64,000 nucleotides of DNA from Dictyostelium discoideum (lineage: Eukaryota): positions 6,784,001 to 6,848,000 of the forward strand of contig CM000151.3 in the NCBI GenBank assembly GCA_000004695.1. Reading direction: 5' to 3'. Below the pieces are notes generated by a model that ran no database searches, had not been told where the DNA came from, and worked only from the letters and a program-made list of their open reading frames with translations. A program made the position numbers and the translations under genes. Within the stretch, counting starts at the first letter, position 1. Every line of letters begins with the position of its first letter. This document shows positions 25,160 to 38,600 of this stretch, piece by piece.

Positions 25160-25552
25160 ATGGTCAGAATCAGTGTTTTAAACGATTGCTTAAACTCCAT
25201 TGTCAATGCCGAAAGACAAGGTAAAAGACAAGTCTTAGTCAGACCATCATCAAAAGTCATCGTTAAATTCTTAGAAGTTATGATGAAAAAGAGATACATT
25301 GGTGAATTCGAAATCGTTGATGACCATCGTTCCGGTAAAATTGTCATTGATTTAATCGGTCGTATCAACAAATGTGGTGTCATCTCCCCAAGATTTGACG
25401 TTACTTTAGACGAAATCGAAAAATGGGCCTCTTACTTACTCCCATCCCGTCAATTCGGTCATATCGTCCTCACCACCTCCCTCGGTATCATGGACCACAA
25501 CGAAGCCAAAACCAGACACACTGGTGGTAAATTATTAGGTTTCTTCTATTAA
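25160..25552 (+). CDS. rps15a: 40S ribosomal protein S15a (uS8)
   Basis: The 130-aa [41 protein letters not shown]...[11 protein letters not shown] is collinear with eukaryotic S15a/yeast Rps22. It is GC-richer with unbiased codons, typical of a highly expressed gene. A strong acceptor (TTTTTTTCTCTTTTAACAG) lies 8 nt upstream of the ATG, suggesting a 5'UTR intron. Confidence 0.92.
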   Translation: MVRISVLNDCLNSIVNAERQGKRQVLVRPSSKVIVKFLEVMMKKRYIGEFEIVDDHRSGKIVIDLIGRINKCGVISPRFDVTLDEIEKWASYLLPSRQFGHIVLTTSLGIMDHNEAKTRHTGGKLLGFFY

Positions 25553-25777
25553 ATTGCTAGTCTTTTTTAAATAAAATTAAAATATTATTTAAATCCTTTA
25601 AAATTTCTTTTTTTTTTTTTTTTTTTTTTTTTTTTCTTTTTCTTCCAAAGCCTTAATTTATTAGTTTCTAATAATAAAATTATCGTAGTGTGTTTATTTT
25701 TAACAAAACCTTAAATTTAAACTAACAATAAATAAAAAATATATTTTCTATACAAAATTGGTGTTTATTAACAATTA

Positions 25778-27185
25778 TTATAATGGTGGATGTAATGTTT
25801 CTTTTTTAATTAGTTTCGTAGGTTTTAAATATTCTATAGTATTATCTAATTTTCCAATTACAATCGTCTTATCACCATTATTTTCAACTTGACCAATAGA
25901 CAGGGTGTGACACCAATCATCCAATGAATGGTCACATATTACCTAAATGTTTTTTTTTTTTTTTTTTTTTAAAATAAAGGTTAGGAATTAAGAATTTATA
26001 AACAATAATGAAAATATATTATTTAAACATACCTCTTTATTATAAAACATTTTTATTGAATTAAAATAACCAGTACATATCAAAATATCTAAATCATCGT
26101 CAACATCATCATCATCATCATCACCATTTGAATTATTATTACCATTATAATTATTATCATTATCATTATTATTTATATCAGAGTATTTCATTTTATTTAA
26201 TTTTGTAATCGGATAACCAATTTGACAATAAGGATATATTTTAAAATCAACTAATAAATATATGAAACCATTCTCACAACCTAAAGCTATTTGTGGTGAT
26301 AATGAAGCTGAAGATGAAGAAGTTGAATTTGAATTTGAAGAAGCATTTGATGATGGTGATGATGTTGAAAGGTTTGAATCAAAATAACCAATACACATAC
26401 AATTAACAGGTGATGGTGTTGGAATTGAACATAATCTTTTACCTTGATCAAGTATATGAATAAATGATGCATTTTCACTAATGACTAAATAATTGAATTT
26501 ATTTTTAAACATATCATATCCTTCAACTGATTTCATATCCTTTATATGTAATGATGTTCCAATAGTATTTGTTGTATCATAATTAATTTTTATATTTGGA
26601 TTAATTGCAATAATATCTGAATCTATTAATGAATTTAAAGTTTGATTTACACTTGGTATTTTATATCTCCAAATTGCATTTTGATGTGGTTTTATTGACG
26701 TCACTAAACCTAAACTATCTCCAACTACAATATTAAAATCATTATCTTTTTTTTTTTTTTAAAAAATAATATTTAAATTTTATTATTAATAATAGTTAAA
26801 ATAAATTATATAATAATATATATATTTTATTAATATACTTACTTGATAGTCTGTGAGTAATTATTGAAGTGATTGAACCATTGAGAGTATCTCTATATAG
26901 GATTTGATGATTTGAAAAAATAACTAAATTACCATTTGAATCACCTGAAATTACATCTATTGATCCAAATTTAGTTGTGTCTAATAATTCTAATTGTTGT
27001 ATTGATGAACCCTTTGTTTCTAATACTTCAATTTCTTCATCATTTAAATAAACTATAATCTTTCCATCAACAGTCCCAATCAATAAATGTTTATTTGTAC
27101 TTTTAAAAATTTCACCAACTAATATACAATTAAAATCATATCCAATTACTTTTTTAAACTTTGAAATTAATTCAATATTTATCAT
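25778..27185 (-). CDS. hypothetical beta-propeller-like protein; join(25778..25942,26033..26724,26853..27185), about 395 aa
   Basis: Exon 1 (MINIELISKFKKVIGYDFNCILVGEIFKSTNKHLLIGTVDGKIIVYLND...) ends at A|GTAAGT. Exon 2 enters after TTGTAG in phase 1 and ends at GAG|GTATGT. Exon 3 (VICDHSLDDWCHTLSIGQVENNGDKTIVIGKLDNTIEYL...) runs to the TAA at 25778. Repeated GxVDGxIxV / NGxLVIF motifs suggest WD/propeller blades. No specific family was recognised. Confidence 0.5.
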
Positions 27186-27259
27186 TATTATTATTATTTT
27201 GAAATAATAAAAAAAAAAATAAAAAAAAATAAAAAAAAAAAAAAAAAAAAAAAAAAATG

Positions 27260-27290
<31 letters not shown>

Positions 27291-27792
27291 TTAATAATAA
27301 ACCCGTTCTACCCTTTTTAATTTTCATAATAATTATTATTTTAAAAAAATCCTTTTTAGGACCAAAAAAAAAAGTAAAAAAAGTGGAGAATCTATTTACT
27401 AGTATAAATAATTTCTACAATTTAGTTTTTTATTGTCATCAATGCATCCATATTTAGTAAAATGACTTTGTGACTCTGTGCGGAATTCAAACACATAGGT
27501 ACTAATAAAATGATAGAGAAAGGAAATATTTATGGTTTATGTCAATTTTCCGTATCCAGTGTCATATTATAAATCTATCTATGCACTATGACAAATTTGA
27601 TTGAAAAAAAAAAAAATGTTCTGGACCCAGAAATAAAATTATTATTATTGGTTTATTTAAATTGTGTTATAATGTATCAATTTAAGAATTTTCATTAAAA
27701 ATTTATTTATATTTTAAATTGGTTGATAAAAAAAAAAAAAATTGATTTTCTTACGATCGTGGGGTCGCACTCTAAATTTAATAATAATTAAA

Positions 27793-30683
27793 ATGAATAA
27801 TGAATGTAATGAATATAGTGAAAAATTATTTTGGAAAATTTTTAAAAATAAATATTTATTAAATTGTATATTTAAAAATAAATGTTGTCATAAAAGTAAA
27901 AAATTTAAAACAATTGCATCAATAAATTCAATTTTAAAACATAAACAATATCAACTGTTGGTATGTAAATTAAAAGCAAATGAAAATTTGTATTTTAACA
28001 ATACATACAGAATTATTGAAAAGATTTATGAAATAAAAGATATAGAATTATTCAAAGAGTTAAATTCATTATTACTCACCAAAGGTTATCAAGAAGATGT
28101 TAAAATTTTATTTGATGGCGACTGTGATATAAAATCAGCAGATTTATTCGATCTTCATTTACAATATCACCCAAAAGAATTACAAACCTATATTACAACA
28201 TCTATAGACTCAATCATCCTATATAATAATCCAAAATTGATAATAGTGGTTTTAAAAATTTTAGAACAGTATATCAATGATAGTAAACCATTTACTCTAA
28301 CAGAAATTGAAAGAAATTATTTCATTGGGGAATATTCAGAAATTGGTAAACATAGAGACCAGGAAATTATTGAAGAATGGATTAAAATGATATCGAATAT
28401 TCCAATATCACCAACTTCTATATTAGGTACCAGAGAATATAAAGTAATTCGAGGTGTGGATCTGTGTTGGTATTTAAAATATCAAAAATTACTACCTATG
28501 GTGTATAGTATCAAAACATCATTTGATTCAGAGGAGAATCAACGATTTGGTTTATATAAAAGTATTGAGCAACATGGTGTTAATCTGTCGAATAATAGTT
28601 TAAGTTTAGTTTCAAGTTTTCGTTGAGGCTTTGATAAATGTATTAAAGAGCACATAGAAGATGTCAAAGGAGAATTGGGGTATATCTCTTCATCTATCGA
28701 TTCAGTTTTATTATATTTTGAATTTTATTATTGCAACTATCATGTTAATAGTAAATCAAAAAGTATACCAACATCGATTCAAACTCAAATTGATATAATA
28801 ATTCAAAATAATAAACCATATCAATCAATTAAACAATTGTTTCAACTATTGGTCAATGAAACCAAATCAATTGTTTTATATGCATGTTATTTAAAAGAAT
28901 ATAATGAACCAATTGAAACCATTCAAACCTGCCAAAAAATTCAGTTATTGTTGATGTATTTCATGACAAGAGCTTATAACACCAATGTTTTAATGTTTCT
29001 ATTGAAAAAAGATTTACAAATCAAATTAACTTCGGACTATAGCGAACCATATCTCAACATTTTATTCAGATGTAATCAAATCGATAAAACCAATACTATT
29101 ATATTCTACAATACCTATACATCACAAAAATCAATCATTGCGGAAGATATTGATAAAAAACCACTGGATGATTTAATATCAACAAAGGATCTTGTTGATT
29201 TTGGTAATAAACAATTTCATTCAATTTTAGGTAATGAGTCATCATCGAAATGGAAAGAAATTACATCAAATCTAATTGATCATGATAATATTGTTACAAT
29301 TAAAGATAAAGAAACAATCGATTGGTTATCAGATAGAAACAGGTGGTTGTAGTATTTTAAATATAAGAGATGCTTTACATTCAAAATTAAAACAAATGAA
29401 ACTTGATTTTAGTACATCGGAATTATTAGAATATGCAAGAATCAAATTTAAACAAGTAATTCCAATTTTAGATTCAAATAAAGAGTTGTGTAATATTCAC
29501 ATTTTACGTACTCATGATGATATTGTATCATTAATCAATCGTTTAAACCAATCAAACTTTAATAACAATGAAGATTTATTTAAATATTATATGATTCAAC
29601 TAATTCAATTTGGTTCAAGAAATTCAATTAAATACCTAAGATCAATTTGTGATAATGTTGGTGAAATAGATTTTGTTTTAAAAATCATGGTTGAACATTT
29701 TAATATTGAAGAATACTCCCTAGGAGCAGATATTCAGGATGATTCACCAAGCTATCATCAAAATGATGAATTCAACAAATACAAAATACCAACTCAACAA
29801 ACATGTCAAATAATCAATCTCTCAAAAATTAAAGTCAATGTCGACCACTTTCCAAATACAACTTCTCATTCAAACATTTATCAAACTTTTAAATTTTGAA
29901 GGTGTTCAATTTATTCTAGAAAATTTAAATGGTAAAAATTTAGAATTAAATGAAAAAGCATTTAAAGATCGTTTCCGTAATAGAATATATATCTCCAAAT
30001 ATTCATATAAAGATTTAATTGATTTTATTCAATTTTTAATTGATAAATTCAAAGATTGTCAATTATCATTATCAAATTTATCATTGATATTAAATTACTT
30101 ATTTTTAAAGTTAATTAGAGTCAATAGTTTAACAATTGGTCAAATCAAAAAAGCATATCAATTAATATCACACTATATTGAAATAAATCGTTCAAAACAC
30201 AATTCATACTATTATTTAAAAACATTATCACCAATTATTGGATCATGTATTACCGTTGGTGAAGATCCAACAAATGGTTCTAAAAGAAATGGACCATACT
30301 TTAATTATGATATAGATACATCAGTATATACATTTGAATATATATTTAAAAATAATAATCCAAGAATCAATTTATTTTTTCATTATTTCGAAATGGAATT
30401 AGTAGAAAAAAAAAAGATAAACCAAATCAAAGAACCATTTTTAAATTTTAAACTATTGAAATTAATAATTAAAACATTTGATTTGGAGTCATTTATTAAA
30501 TTTGATAGTTTATTACAACAACATGAATTCAATTTAAAAAGAAAGAACCATAATGTTGTTAATGGTGAGCAAGAGGATGCAAATGATTCAAATTTTTTTA
30601 ATATAAAAGTACAGTTTCGTGTGTTGGTGAGACCCCTTTCAATTTTTTTTGTGTGTGTGATGGTGAGACCCCATGATTCTTGA
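27793..30683 (+). pseudogene. disrupted copy B of the roughly 1,050-aa paralogous family
   Basis: Collinear with intact copy C (31001-34129) at about 85-90% aa identity. It carries an in-frame TGA at 28624-28626 (CGT TGA vs C's TGC TAT). A 2-nt deletion near 29335 (gatagaaac vs gatatagaaac) gives a frameshift. A second frameshift lies near 29870. The 3' end diverges after about 30600, losing the conserved C-terminal roughly 70 aa. The ORF track shows it as four fragments (27742-28626, 28675-29352, 29276-29899, 29838-30683). Confidence 0.75.
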
Positions 30684-30861
30684 ATAACAAAGAAAAAAAA
30701 TTAATTTATTTTATTATTTTTTATTTTTAATTTCTTTTTTTTTTGTTTTTGGTTGGTTTATTAAAAATAAAAATTAATTTTTTAAAAAAAAAATATATAA
30801 TCAAACTCTAAGTTTTTAACAAAAACAACAATCATAATAATAATTAATAGTAATATTAATA

Positions 30862-30956
<95 letters not shown>

Positions 30957-31000
30957 TTAATAATAATAAATAATAATAATAAATAAAATAAATAATTAAA

Positions 31001-34000
31001 ATGAATAATGAATATAATGAATATAGTGAAAAATTATTTTGGAAAGTTTTTAAAAATATATATTTATTAAATTGTATATTTGATAATAAATGTTGTTACA
31101 AAAGTAAAAAATTTAAAACAATCACATCAATAGATTCAATGTTAAAACATAAACAATATCAAATTTTGATATGTAAATTAAAAGCAAATGAAAATTTGAA
31201 TTTTAAGAGTACATATAGAATTATTGAAAAAATTTATGAAATAAAAGATATAGAATTATTCAAAGAGATAAATTCATTATTACTCACCAATGGTTATCAA
31301 GAAGATGTTAAAATTTTATTTGATAGTGACTGGGATATAAAATCAGCAGATTTATTCGATCTTCATTTAAAATATCACCCAAAAGAATTACAAACCTATA
31401 TTACAACATCTATAGACTCAATCATCCTATATAATAATCCAAAATTGATAATAATGGTTTTAAAAATTTTAGAACAGTATATCAATGATAGTAAACCATT
31501 TACTTTAACAGAAATTGAAAGAAGTTATTTCATTGGGGAATATTCAGAAATTGGTAAACATAGAGATCAGGAAATTATTGAAGAATGGATTAAAATGATA
31601 TCGAATATTCCAATATCATCAACATCAATATTAGGTACCAGAGAATATAAAGTAATTAGAGGTATGGATCTGCGTTGGTATTCAAAATATCAAAAATTAC
31701 TACCTATGGGGCATAGTATCAAAACATCATTTGATTCAAAGGAGAATCAACGATTGGATATATTTAAAAATTTTGGGCAACATGGTGTTAATCTCTCCAC
31801 CAAAAGTAAAAGTGCAAGTTTAGTTTCAAATTTTTGCTATGGCTTTGATAAAAGTATTAAAGAGCACATAGAAGATGTCAAAGGAGAATTAGGGTGTATA
31901 TCTACATCTATCGATTCAGTTTTATTGTATTTTGAATTTTATTATTGCAACTATCATGTTAATAGTAAATCAAAAAGTATACCAACATCGATTCAAACTC
32001 AAATTGATATAATAATTCAAAATAATAAACCATATCAAACAATTAAACAATTGTTTCAACTATTGGTTAATGAAACCAAATCAATTGTTTTATATGCCCG
32101 TTATTTAAAAGAATATAATGAACTAATCGAAACCATTGAAACATGCCGTCAAATTCAATTATTGTTAATGTATTTCATGACAAAAACCTATAATACCAAT
32201 GTATTAATGTTTCTATTGAAAAAAGATTTACATATCAAATTAACTTCGAACTATTGCGAACCATATCTTGATATTTTATTCGGATGTAATCAAATCGATA
32301 AAACCAATATTATTATATTCTACAACACCTATAAATCACAAAAATCAATCATTGCGGAAGATATTGATAAAAAACCACTGGATGATTTAATATCAACAAA
32401 GGATCTTGTTGATTTTGGTAATAAACAATTGCATTCAATTTTAGGTAATGAATCATCATCGAAATGGAAAGAAATTGCATCAAATCTAATTGATAATGAT
32501 AAGATTGTTACAATTAAAGATAAAGAAACAATCGATTGGTTATCAGATATAGAAACAGGTGGTTGTAGTATTTTAAATATAAGAGATACTTTACATTCAA
32601 AATTAAAACAAATGAAACTTGATTTTAGTACATCGGAATTATTAGAATATGCAAGAATCAAATTTAAACAAGTAATTCCAATTTTAGATTCAAATAAAAA
32701 GTTGCCTAGTATCCACATTTTACGTACTCATGATGATATTGTATCATTAATCAATCGTTTAAATGAATCAAACTTTATTGATAATGAAAATTTATTTAAA
32801 TATTATATGATTCAACTAATTCAATTTGGTTCAAGAAACTCAAATAAATACCAAAGATCAATTTGTGATAACGTTGGCGAGATTGATTTAGTTTTAGAAA
32901 CCATGGTTGAACATTTTAATATTGAAGAATACTCCCAGGGAGCATACATTCAGGTTCACGACGATTTTAACAAATACAAAATACCAACTCAACAAATAAT
33001 CAATCTCTCTAAAATTAAAGTCAATGTCAATCACTTTCCAAATGCAACATCTTATTTACTTCAAACTTTTATCAAACTTTTAAATTTTGATGGTACTAAA
33101 TTTCTTCTTGATAATTCAAATGGTAAAAAATTATTATTTAATGAAAAAGCATTCAAAGATCGTTTTCACAATAGGATCTATATATCCAAATACTCATATA
33201 AAGGTTTAATAGATTTTATTCAATATTTAATTGATAAATTCTTAGAAGGTCCATTATCATTTACAAATTTATTATTGATACTGAATTTCTTATATTTAAA
33301 GTTAATAAGAGTCAATAATTTAACAATTGATCAAATTAAAACAGCATATCAATTAATATCAAACTATATTGAAATAAATCGTTCAAAACTCACATCATAC
33401 TATTATTTAAAAACATTATCACCAATTATTGCATCATGTATTACCGTTTGTGAAGATCCTACAGGTGAATATCCTACAAGTGGTTCTAAAAGAGAACGAC
33501 CATTCTTAAATTATGATATAGATACATCAGTATATACATTTGAATATATATTTTCAAATAGAACCAATGACGATTTGAACAAATTTATCGATTCAACAAT
33601 CATGGATATTGTAAAAGATAGTTATAATGTGGGAATGTTTTCTAAAATGTTAGATAATAATAATCCAAGAATTACTTTATTTTTACATTATCTTGAAATG
33701 GAATTGGAAAAAAGAAAGACAAACCAAATCAAAGAACCATTTTTAAATTATCAAATATTCAAATTAATAATTAAAACATTTGATATAGAATCATTTATTA
33801 AATTTGATAATTTATTACAACAAAATGAATTCCATATAATAAGAGAAAACCATAATGTTGTTAATGGTGAACAAGAGAATGCAAATGATTCAAGAGATGG
33901 TGAACAAAATGATATAAGTGATCATGGTGAACATGAAAATTTAACAATCAAAGAATTATTTTGTAATGGAGAAAAACCATTATTATCATCTAATATGGTT

Positions 34001-34129
34001 GAATGGTTAGGTGAAATTATAATTCACAAAGATTATTCAGATTATAAGGATATTATAAATTACTTATTCAAAAAATATGAACATCAATTGGGGACCACAC
34101 AACTTTTAATTAAAATCTGTACACATTAA
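31001..34129 (+). CDS. intact copy C of the roughly 1,050-aa paralogous family
   Basis: 1042-aa uninterrupted ORF in direct tandem with pseudogene B. An (AAT)n tract lies immediately upstream (30850-30960). Confidence 0.8.
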   Translation: MNNEYNEYSEKLFWKVFKNIYLLNCIFDNKCCYKSKKFKTITSIDSMLKHKQYQILICKLKANENLNFKSTYRIIEKIYEIKDIELFKEINSLLLTNGYQEDVKILFDSDWDIKSADLFDLHLKYHPKELQTYITTSIDSIILYNNPKLIIMVLKILEQYINDSKPFTLTEIERSYFIGEYSEIGKHRDQEIIEEWIKMISNIPISSTSILGTREYKVIRGMDLRWYSKYQKLLPMGHSIKTSFDSKENQRLDIFKNFGQHGVNLSTKSKSASLVSNFCYGFDKSIKEHIEDVKGELGCISTSIDSVLLYFEFYYCNYHVNSKSKSIPTSIQTQIDIIIQNNKPYQTIKQLFQLLVNETKSIVLYARYLKEYNELIETIETCRQIQLLLMYFMTKTYNTNVLMFLLKKDLHIKLTSNYCEPYLDILFGCNQIDKTNIIIFYNTYKSQKSIIAEDIDKKPLDDLISTKDLVDFGNKQLHSILGNESSSKWKEIASNLIDNDKIVTIKDKETIDWLSDIETGGCSILNIRDTLHSKLKQMKLDFSTSELLEYARIKFKQVIPILDSNKKLPSIHILRTHDDIVSLINRLNESNFIDNENLFKYYMIQLIQFGSRNSNKYQRSICDNVGEIDLVLETMVEHFNIEEYSQGAYIQVHDDFNKYKIPTQQIINLSKIKVNVNHFPNATSYLLQTFIKLLNFDGTKFLLDNSNGKKLLFNEKAFKDRFHNRIYISKYSYKGLIDFIQYLIDKFLEGPLSFTNLLLILNFLYLKLIRVNNLTIDQIKTAYQLISNYIEINRSKLTSYYYLKTLSPIIASCITVCEDPTGEYPTSGSKRERPFLNYDIDTSVYTFEYIFSNRTNDDLNKFIDSTIMDIVKDSYNVGMFSKMLDNNNPRITLFLHYLEMELEKRKTNQIKEPFLNYQIFKLIIKTFDIESFIKFDNLLQQNEFHIIRENHNVVNGEQENANDSRDGEQNDISDHGEHENLTIKELFCNGEKPLLSSNMVEWLGEIIIHKDYSDYKDIINYLFKKYEHQLGTTQLLIKICTH

Positions 34130-34275
34130 ATTAATATTTTTCTAAATTAACTTTCCATAAATAATAAAGTATAAAAATAAAAATAAAATTTTTAAAAATG
34201 AAATTTCATTAATTAGTTATTTTTATTTATTTATTAAAACAAATTTACTTCTATTTATTGTATTTTTATTTTTTT

Positions 34276-35040
34276 AAATATTTAATTAATTGTGAGTAAT
34301 AGTAGTGCCTAATAATTTAATGAATAATTGAATTAATTTTGGATGACATGGCCATGCTTTACCAGAAACGATATGACCATCAACAACAGCATCATCGACA
34401 GCGATATCTTGATAAATTCCACCAGCTTGTTGAACTTCTGGACGACATGCTGGGTATGCGGTACATTTAATACCTGAAACAATATTTGCAGCTGTTAAAA
34501 CTTGAGCACCATGACATACTGCTGCAATTGGTTTCTTATTTGTATTAAAATCTTTAACAATTTCAATAACTCTATCATCTAATCTTAAAAACTTTTTTTT
34601 TTTTTTTTTTTTTTTTTCATATTAGTATATTATAATATAATTTTCATTTTATTATTATTAAATGATTTGATTTAATACAAACCTCACTACAACGACCACC
34701 TGGTAAAAATAAACCATTATAAGTTGCAGTATCTACTTTATCAAAATCAAAGTTTAATTGAATTCTATGACCTTTTAATTCTGTATATGTTTGTTCACCT
34801 GTTTTTATTTTTTATTTTTTTTTAATTGGATTGCTAATAATAAAATAAATATAAAAAAGTAAAATAATAATACATACCTGGAAGGAAATCATGAATAGCA
34901 GTAACAATAAAATCACCACTCTTTTTACCTGGACTTACCAAATGAACGTTATATCCAACTAATTCTAACATTTGTTTAACTGCATAGGTTTCATAATCTT
35001 CTGTATAATCACCAGTGATAATTAAAATGTTTCTGGTCAT
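34276..35040 (-). CDS. DJ-1/PfpI family protein (class I glutamine-amidotransferase-like); 3 exons, approximately join(34276..34571,34682..34798,34879..35040)
   Basis: Exon 1 is MTRNILIITGDYTEDYETYAVKQMLELVGYNVHLVSPGKK...AIHDFLP, ending at G|GTATGT. Exon 2 is GEQTYTELKGHRIQLNFDFDKVDTATYNGLFLPGGRCSE. Exon 3 carries RVIEIVKDFNTNKKPIAAVCHGAQVLTAANIVSGIKCTAYPACRPEVQQAGG...HIVSGKAWP, with the nucleophile-elbow Cys in AAVCHG. The exact exon 2/3 junction could not be resolved between two donor/acceptor pairs. Confidence 0.7.
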
Positions 35041-35101
35041 TTTTGTTTTCTAATGCTTGAATGAATAAAATTTTATTAAATAATAATGTAAAGGAGTATT
35101 G

Positions 35102-35133
<32 letters not shown>

Positions 35134-35662
35134 AATTGGTTGAACAAAAAAAAAAAAAATAAAAAAAAAAATAAAAAAAAAATATAAAAAAAAATAAAAT
35201 TCTTTCCTAAATTTTAATTTAAGTTTCCGATTACTTCCCATTTTTTTTTATTAAAAAAACTAACTTTTCAAATTAATTCCTTTGGAAAAACTAGAAAAAT
35301 TAATTAAAAAAACAAAAAAAAATTTGGAAAAAGAAAGTACTTCCAAAGTATTTACATTTAAATAATTATTTACATAATTAAAATATTTCATTTTATTTAA
35401 ATTATTAACTTTTTTTTATTTTATTTTATTTTATTTTAATAGGGGACGAAACTAACAACTCCATTAAAAATTTGAAATTTTATTATGAAAATTATTTATT
35501 ATCAACATTTAATTTATTGATGATGCTCCATATGTTAAATATTAATATTAAGTTATTAAATTTTTAAAAATACAATAAATAAAATTAAAATTAAAAAACC
35601 TTTTTTTAATTTTTTATATGAATAAATAATTTTTCTTTTTTTCTTTTTTTTAAAATTTTTAT

Positions 35663-38600
35663 TTATAAATCATTCATCATAATAAAACCTTTTTTCTCTA
35701 AATTTAGTTTTTGTAAAGATAAATTATCAGTATTAAATAACCAACTATTTAAAGATACAATTATATAAGGTAATAAAGCAATTGATGGAGCAATAATTAA
35801 AAGTAGCCAAAAGGTTGGTAAAGCATAGAGTTCAAAGATGATATGGGTTGCATCAGCTTCTACGTATCTACCGAGTACACTATACAACATTACAAATAGG
35901 AAAGTGGAGACAACACTAATGGATACGGCTAAAATGGTTTGACGAGTCCAATAACGAGTGATGAAACTAATTTGTAAATTGACAGTGACTACCAAATAAA
36001 TGTAGGCAGCAGTACCAATGGACCAAAGACCAAGAGTTTTACCACCTTCAATGGTTGAAGTATTCATTACGAAAAAGGTTACAAAGAAAATAGTTGCTGA
36101 TTGCCACATACCAATGAAAACCCACCAAATAAATTTCCAAGTTGAAAATGGTGAATTTGATTGACAAACCCTATAGAGATATGGTTTGTTCAATAGGTCA
36201 TCCTCTTTGGTGTCTTGATCGAATGTACCTAAAAATATGACAGGTAATGATGTGAACAATGCATTGTAAAGAGTGAAAAGGAAATCGAAATAAATCATTT
36301 GACCACTAAAGCCTGAAAAGAAACCAAACCAAAATTGACTAATTGAGAGTGCAATATTCTTTGAAAATGAATAAAGGATTAACTTTGTCATTCTCTTGTA
36401 ACTACGATTGCCATGCACTAAAATTAAACGACGAAGCATTGAAAAGTTTGCAATTGCAAAATCGGAAGCCAATACCGCTTGCATACCCTCCCTACCACTA
36501 ATACCAACACCAACATGAGCCTTTTGAATCATTGGTACATCGTTTGCACCATCACCAATTGACATTGTAATTGCACCATCACCAAAGAGAAAACTTCTTT
36601 CCGCTACCAAATTTACAACCTTTGCTTTTTGGGAAGGTGAACAACGACAACAAACTACACTTTCACAAGTTTTGGCGACTTGTAAAAAGAAATAACGTAA
36701 ATCAGGCTCCAATGCCAAAGCCAATGTACTACCATCGATAATGATGGCGATATGTTTTTGACTTGCATTAACTGCTGGTGCTGACATTCCATTGGATTTA
36801 TTTAATAGATTTGGTGCATCTGAGGGCTCTAATCTTAATTTACTTGCAACTTTTTCCAAAAGTTTTGAAAGATACTTTACAGAACCCCATCTACCAGACA
36901 TATCATTGAAATGATGTAATCTCTTCTCGTTGGATATTGTTAACAATCTTTTCATCAATGCTTGTTTATTAGATTCATTCAATATAATCAACTCCATTTC
37001 TTCATTGATTACAGCGGATGAAGTTGAAATACTAATTGCCGTCTCTTGTTTATCACCTGTTAACACCCAAACTTTAATACCAGCCTCTCTTAGAGCCGAT
37101 ATTGTCTCTGGTACATGATCTTGTAATCTATCTTCAATACCTGTTGAACCAATTAATAATAGATCCTTTTCTATAAGTTCACAAGCTGCATCTACTTTCT
37201 CTGCTTTCTTCACCAAAGAGATTGAAGCCTCTTGATGAATTTTATTCCATGCTATATATTCCTCATGTTCAATGGTTCTAACTGACATACATAGTGTACG
37301 TAAACCTGAACATGCAAATTCACTTAGATGTTTCTCTGTTGATTGTAATATACCAACACAATGATCTGTATTCTTTTTTGCACGTTCAAATATTACAGAA
37401 TCTGCACCCTTACAATAAATTTTAATTTGATTCTTTTGATTCTTTACAATTACTGACATTCTCTTACGATAACTATTAAATTCCAATACATTTAATAATT
37501 CAAATCTTTCCTCTCTACCATGTACTGATATTGTTATGATATTATCCTCTCTTGACTTTAAAATGAAACCATATCTTGCTGCTGTTAATGTTAATGATTC
37601 TTCATCTGGTGATGCTGCTTGATATTTTGGTATTACACTACAACCACTATTTGTACCACCATTGAAATTATGATGACTCTTTGAATTATCATGATTCATC
37701 ATTAAATCATCAATTTCTTTATTCTTTTCAATTAATACAGTATTACAAATTGCTAAACATGTTAAAAATTCTTTAATATATTCAGTTTGATCCGATAATA
37801 TTGGTATTGAAATCTCTGGTTGTACTGGAATACCTAATGGATTTAATGAAGATGATGCATCACCACCACTACCACCACTACCACCACTACCACTACCACC
37901 ACCACTTAAACCATTACTTTGTCTTAGGTAAGAACCATTTGAACTATCTGATAATTGATTTTTAATAAATAATCTTAAATCTTGTAAACTTGAATCTTCA
38001 GGACCATAAACTTGACCACCGATTGTACAACGATTGAAAACCATTTCATTACAAGTTAAAGTACCAGTTTTATCAGAGAATAAATATTGAATTTGACCCA
38101 ATTCTTCATTGATATTTGTATTTCTAGCTTGTGCTGGTGTATCGGTTGATTCATCATACATCTCCAAATCACTATCGATGAAATGTGCATTTGATACTCT
38201 AATCATTTCCATAGAGACATACATTGACAATGGAATCAATGTATTGTAGAGTATAACATAACTTACATAGATGAAATCTTCGGTTTGTTCTGGATCATAA
38301 TCGATATACCATGGCTTTGCATCTTTATCATCCTCCAAATGCCATCTATTATGACCAATGGAACATATGATACAAATGATGGTTTGTAAAAGGAAAAGTA
38401 TTAAAAGTTTATTATTTACACCACGTTCAACTGATGAACGTTTTTGACTTGCTTTTGATGCATTCTTTTCAATCTTCGTATCTACACCACTATAGGTAAC
38501 CACACCAATCACCCAATCGGTATTACGAAGTTTAGTACCTCTCAATAGTAGTTGATCAATTGAAACTGGTACATAATTCGTAGTTGGTACAACAGTTGAA

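Noticed and set aside
32329-32718. Antisense ORFs inside family copies (32329-32718 -, 51864-52205 +, 56630-56971 +) that are similar to each other
   Set aside because: They lie entirely within the conserved central block of the sense genes. Their similarity is a by-product of sense-strand conservation, and they have no independent start or stop context.
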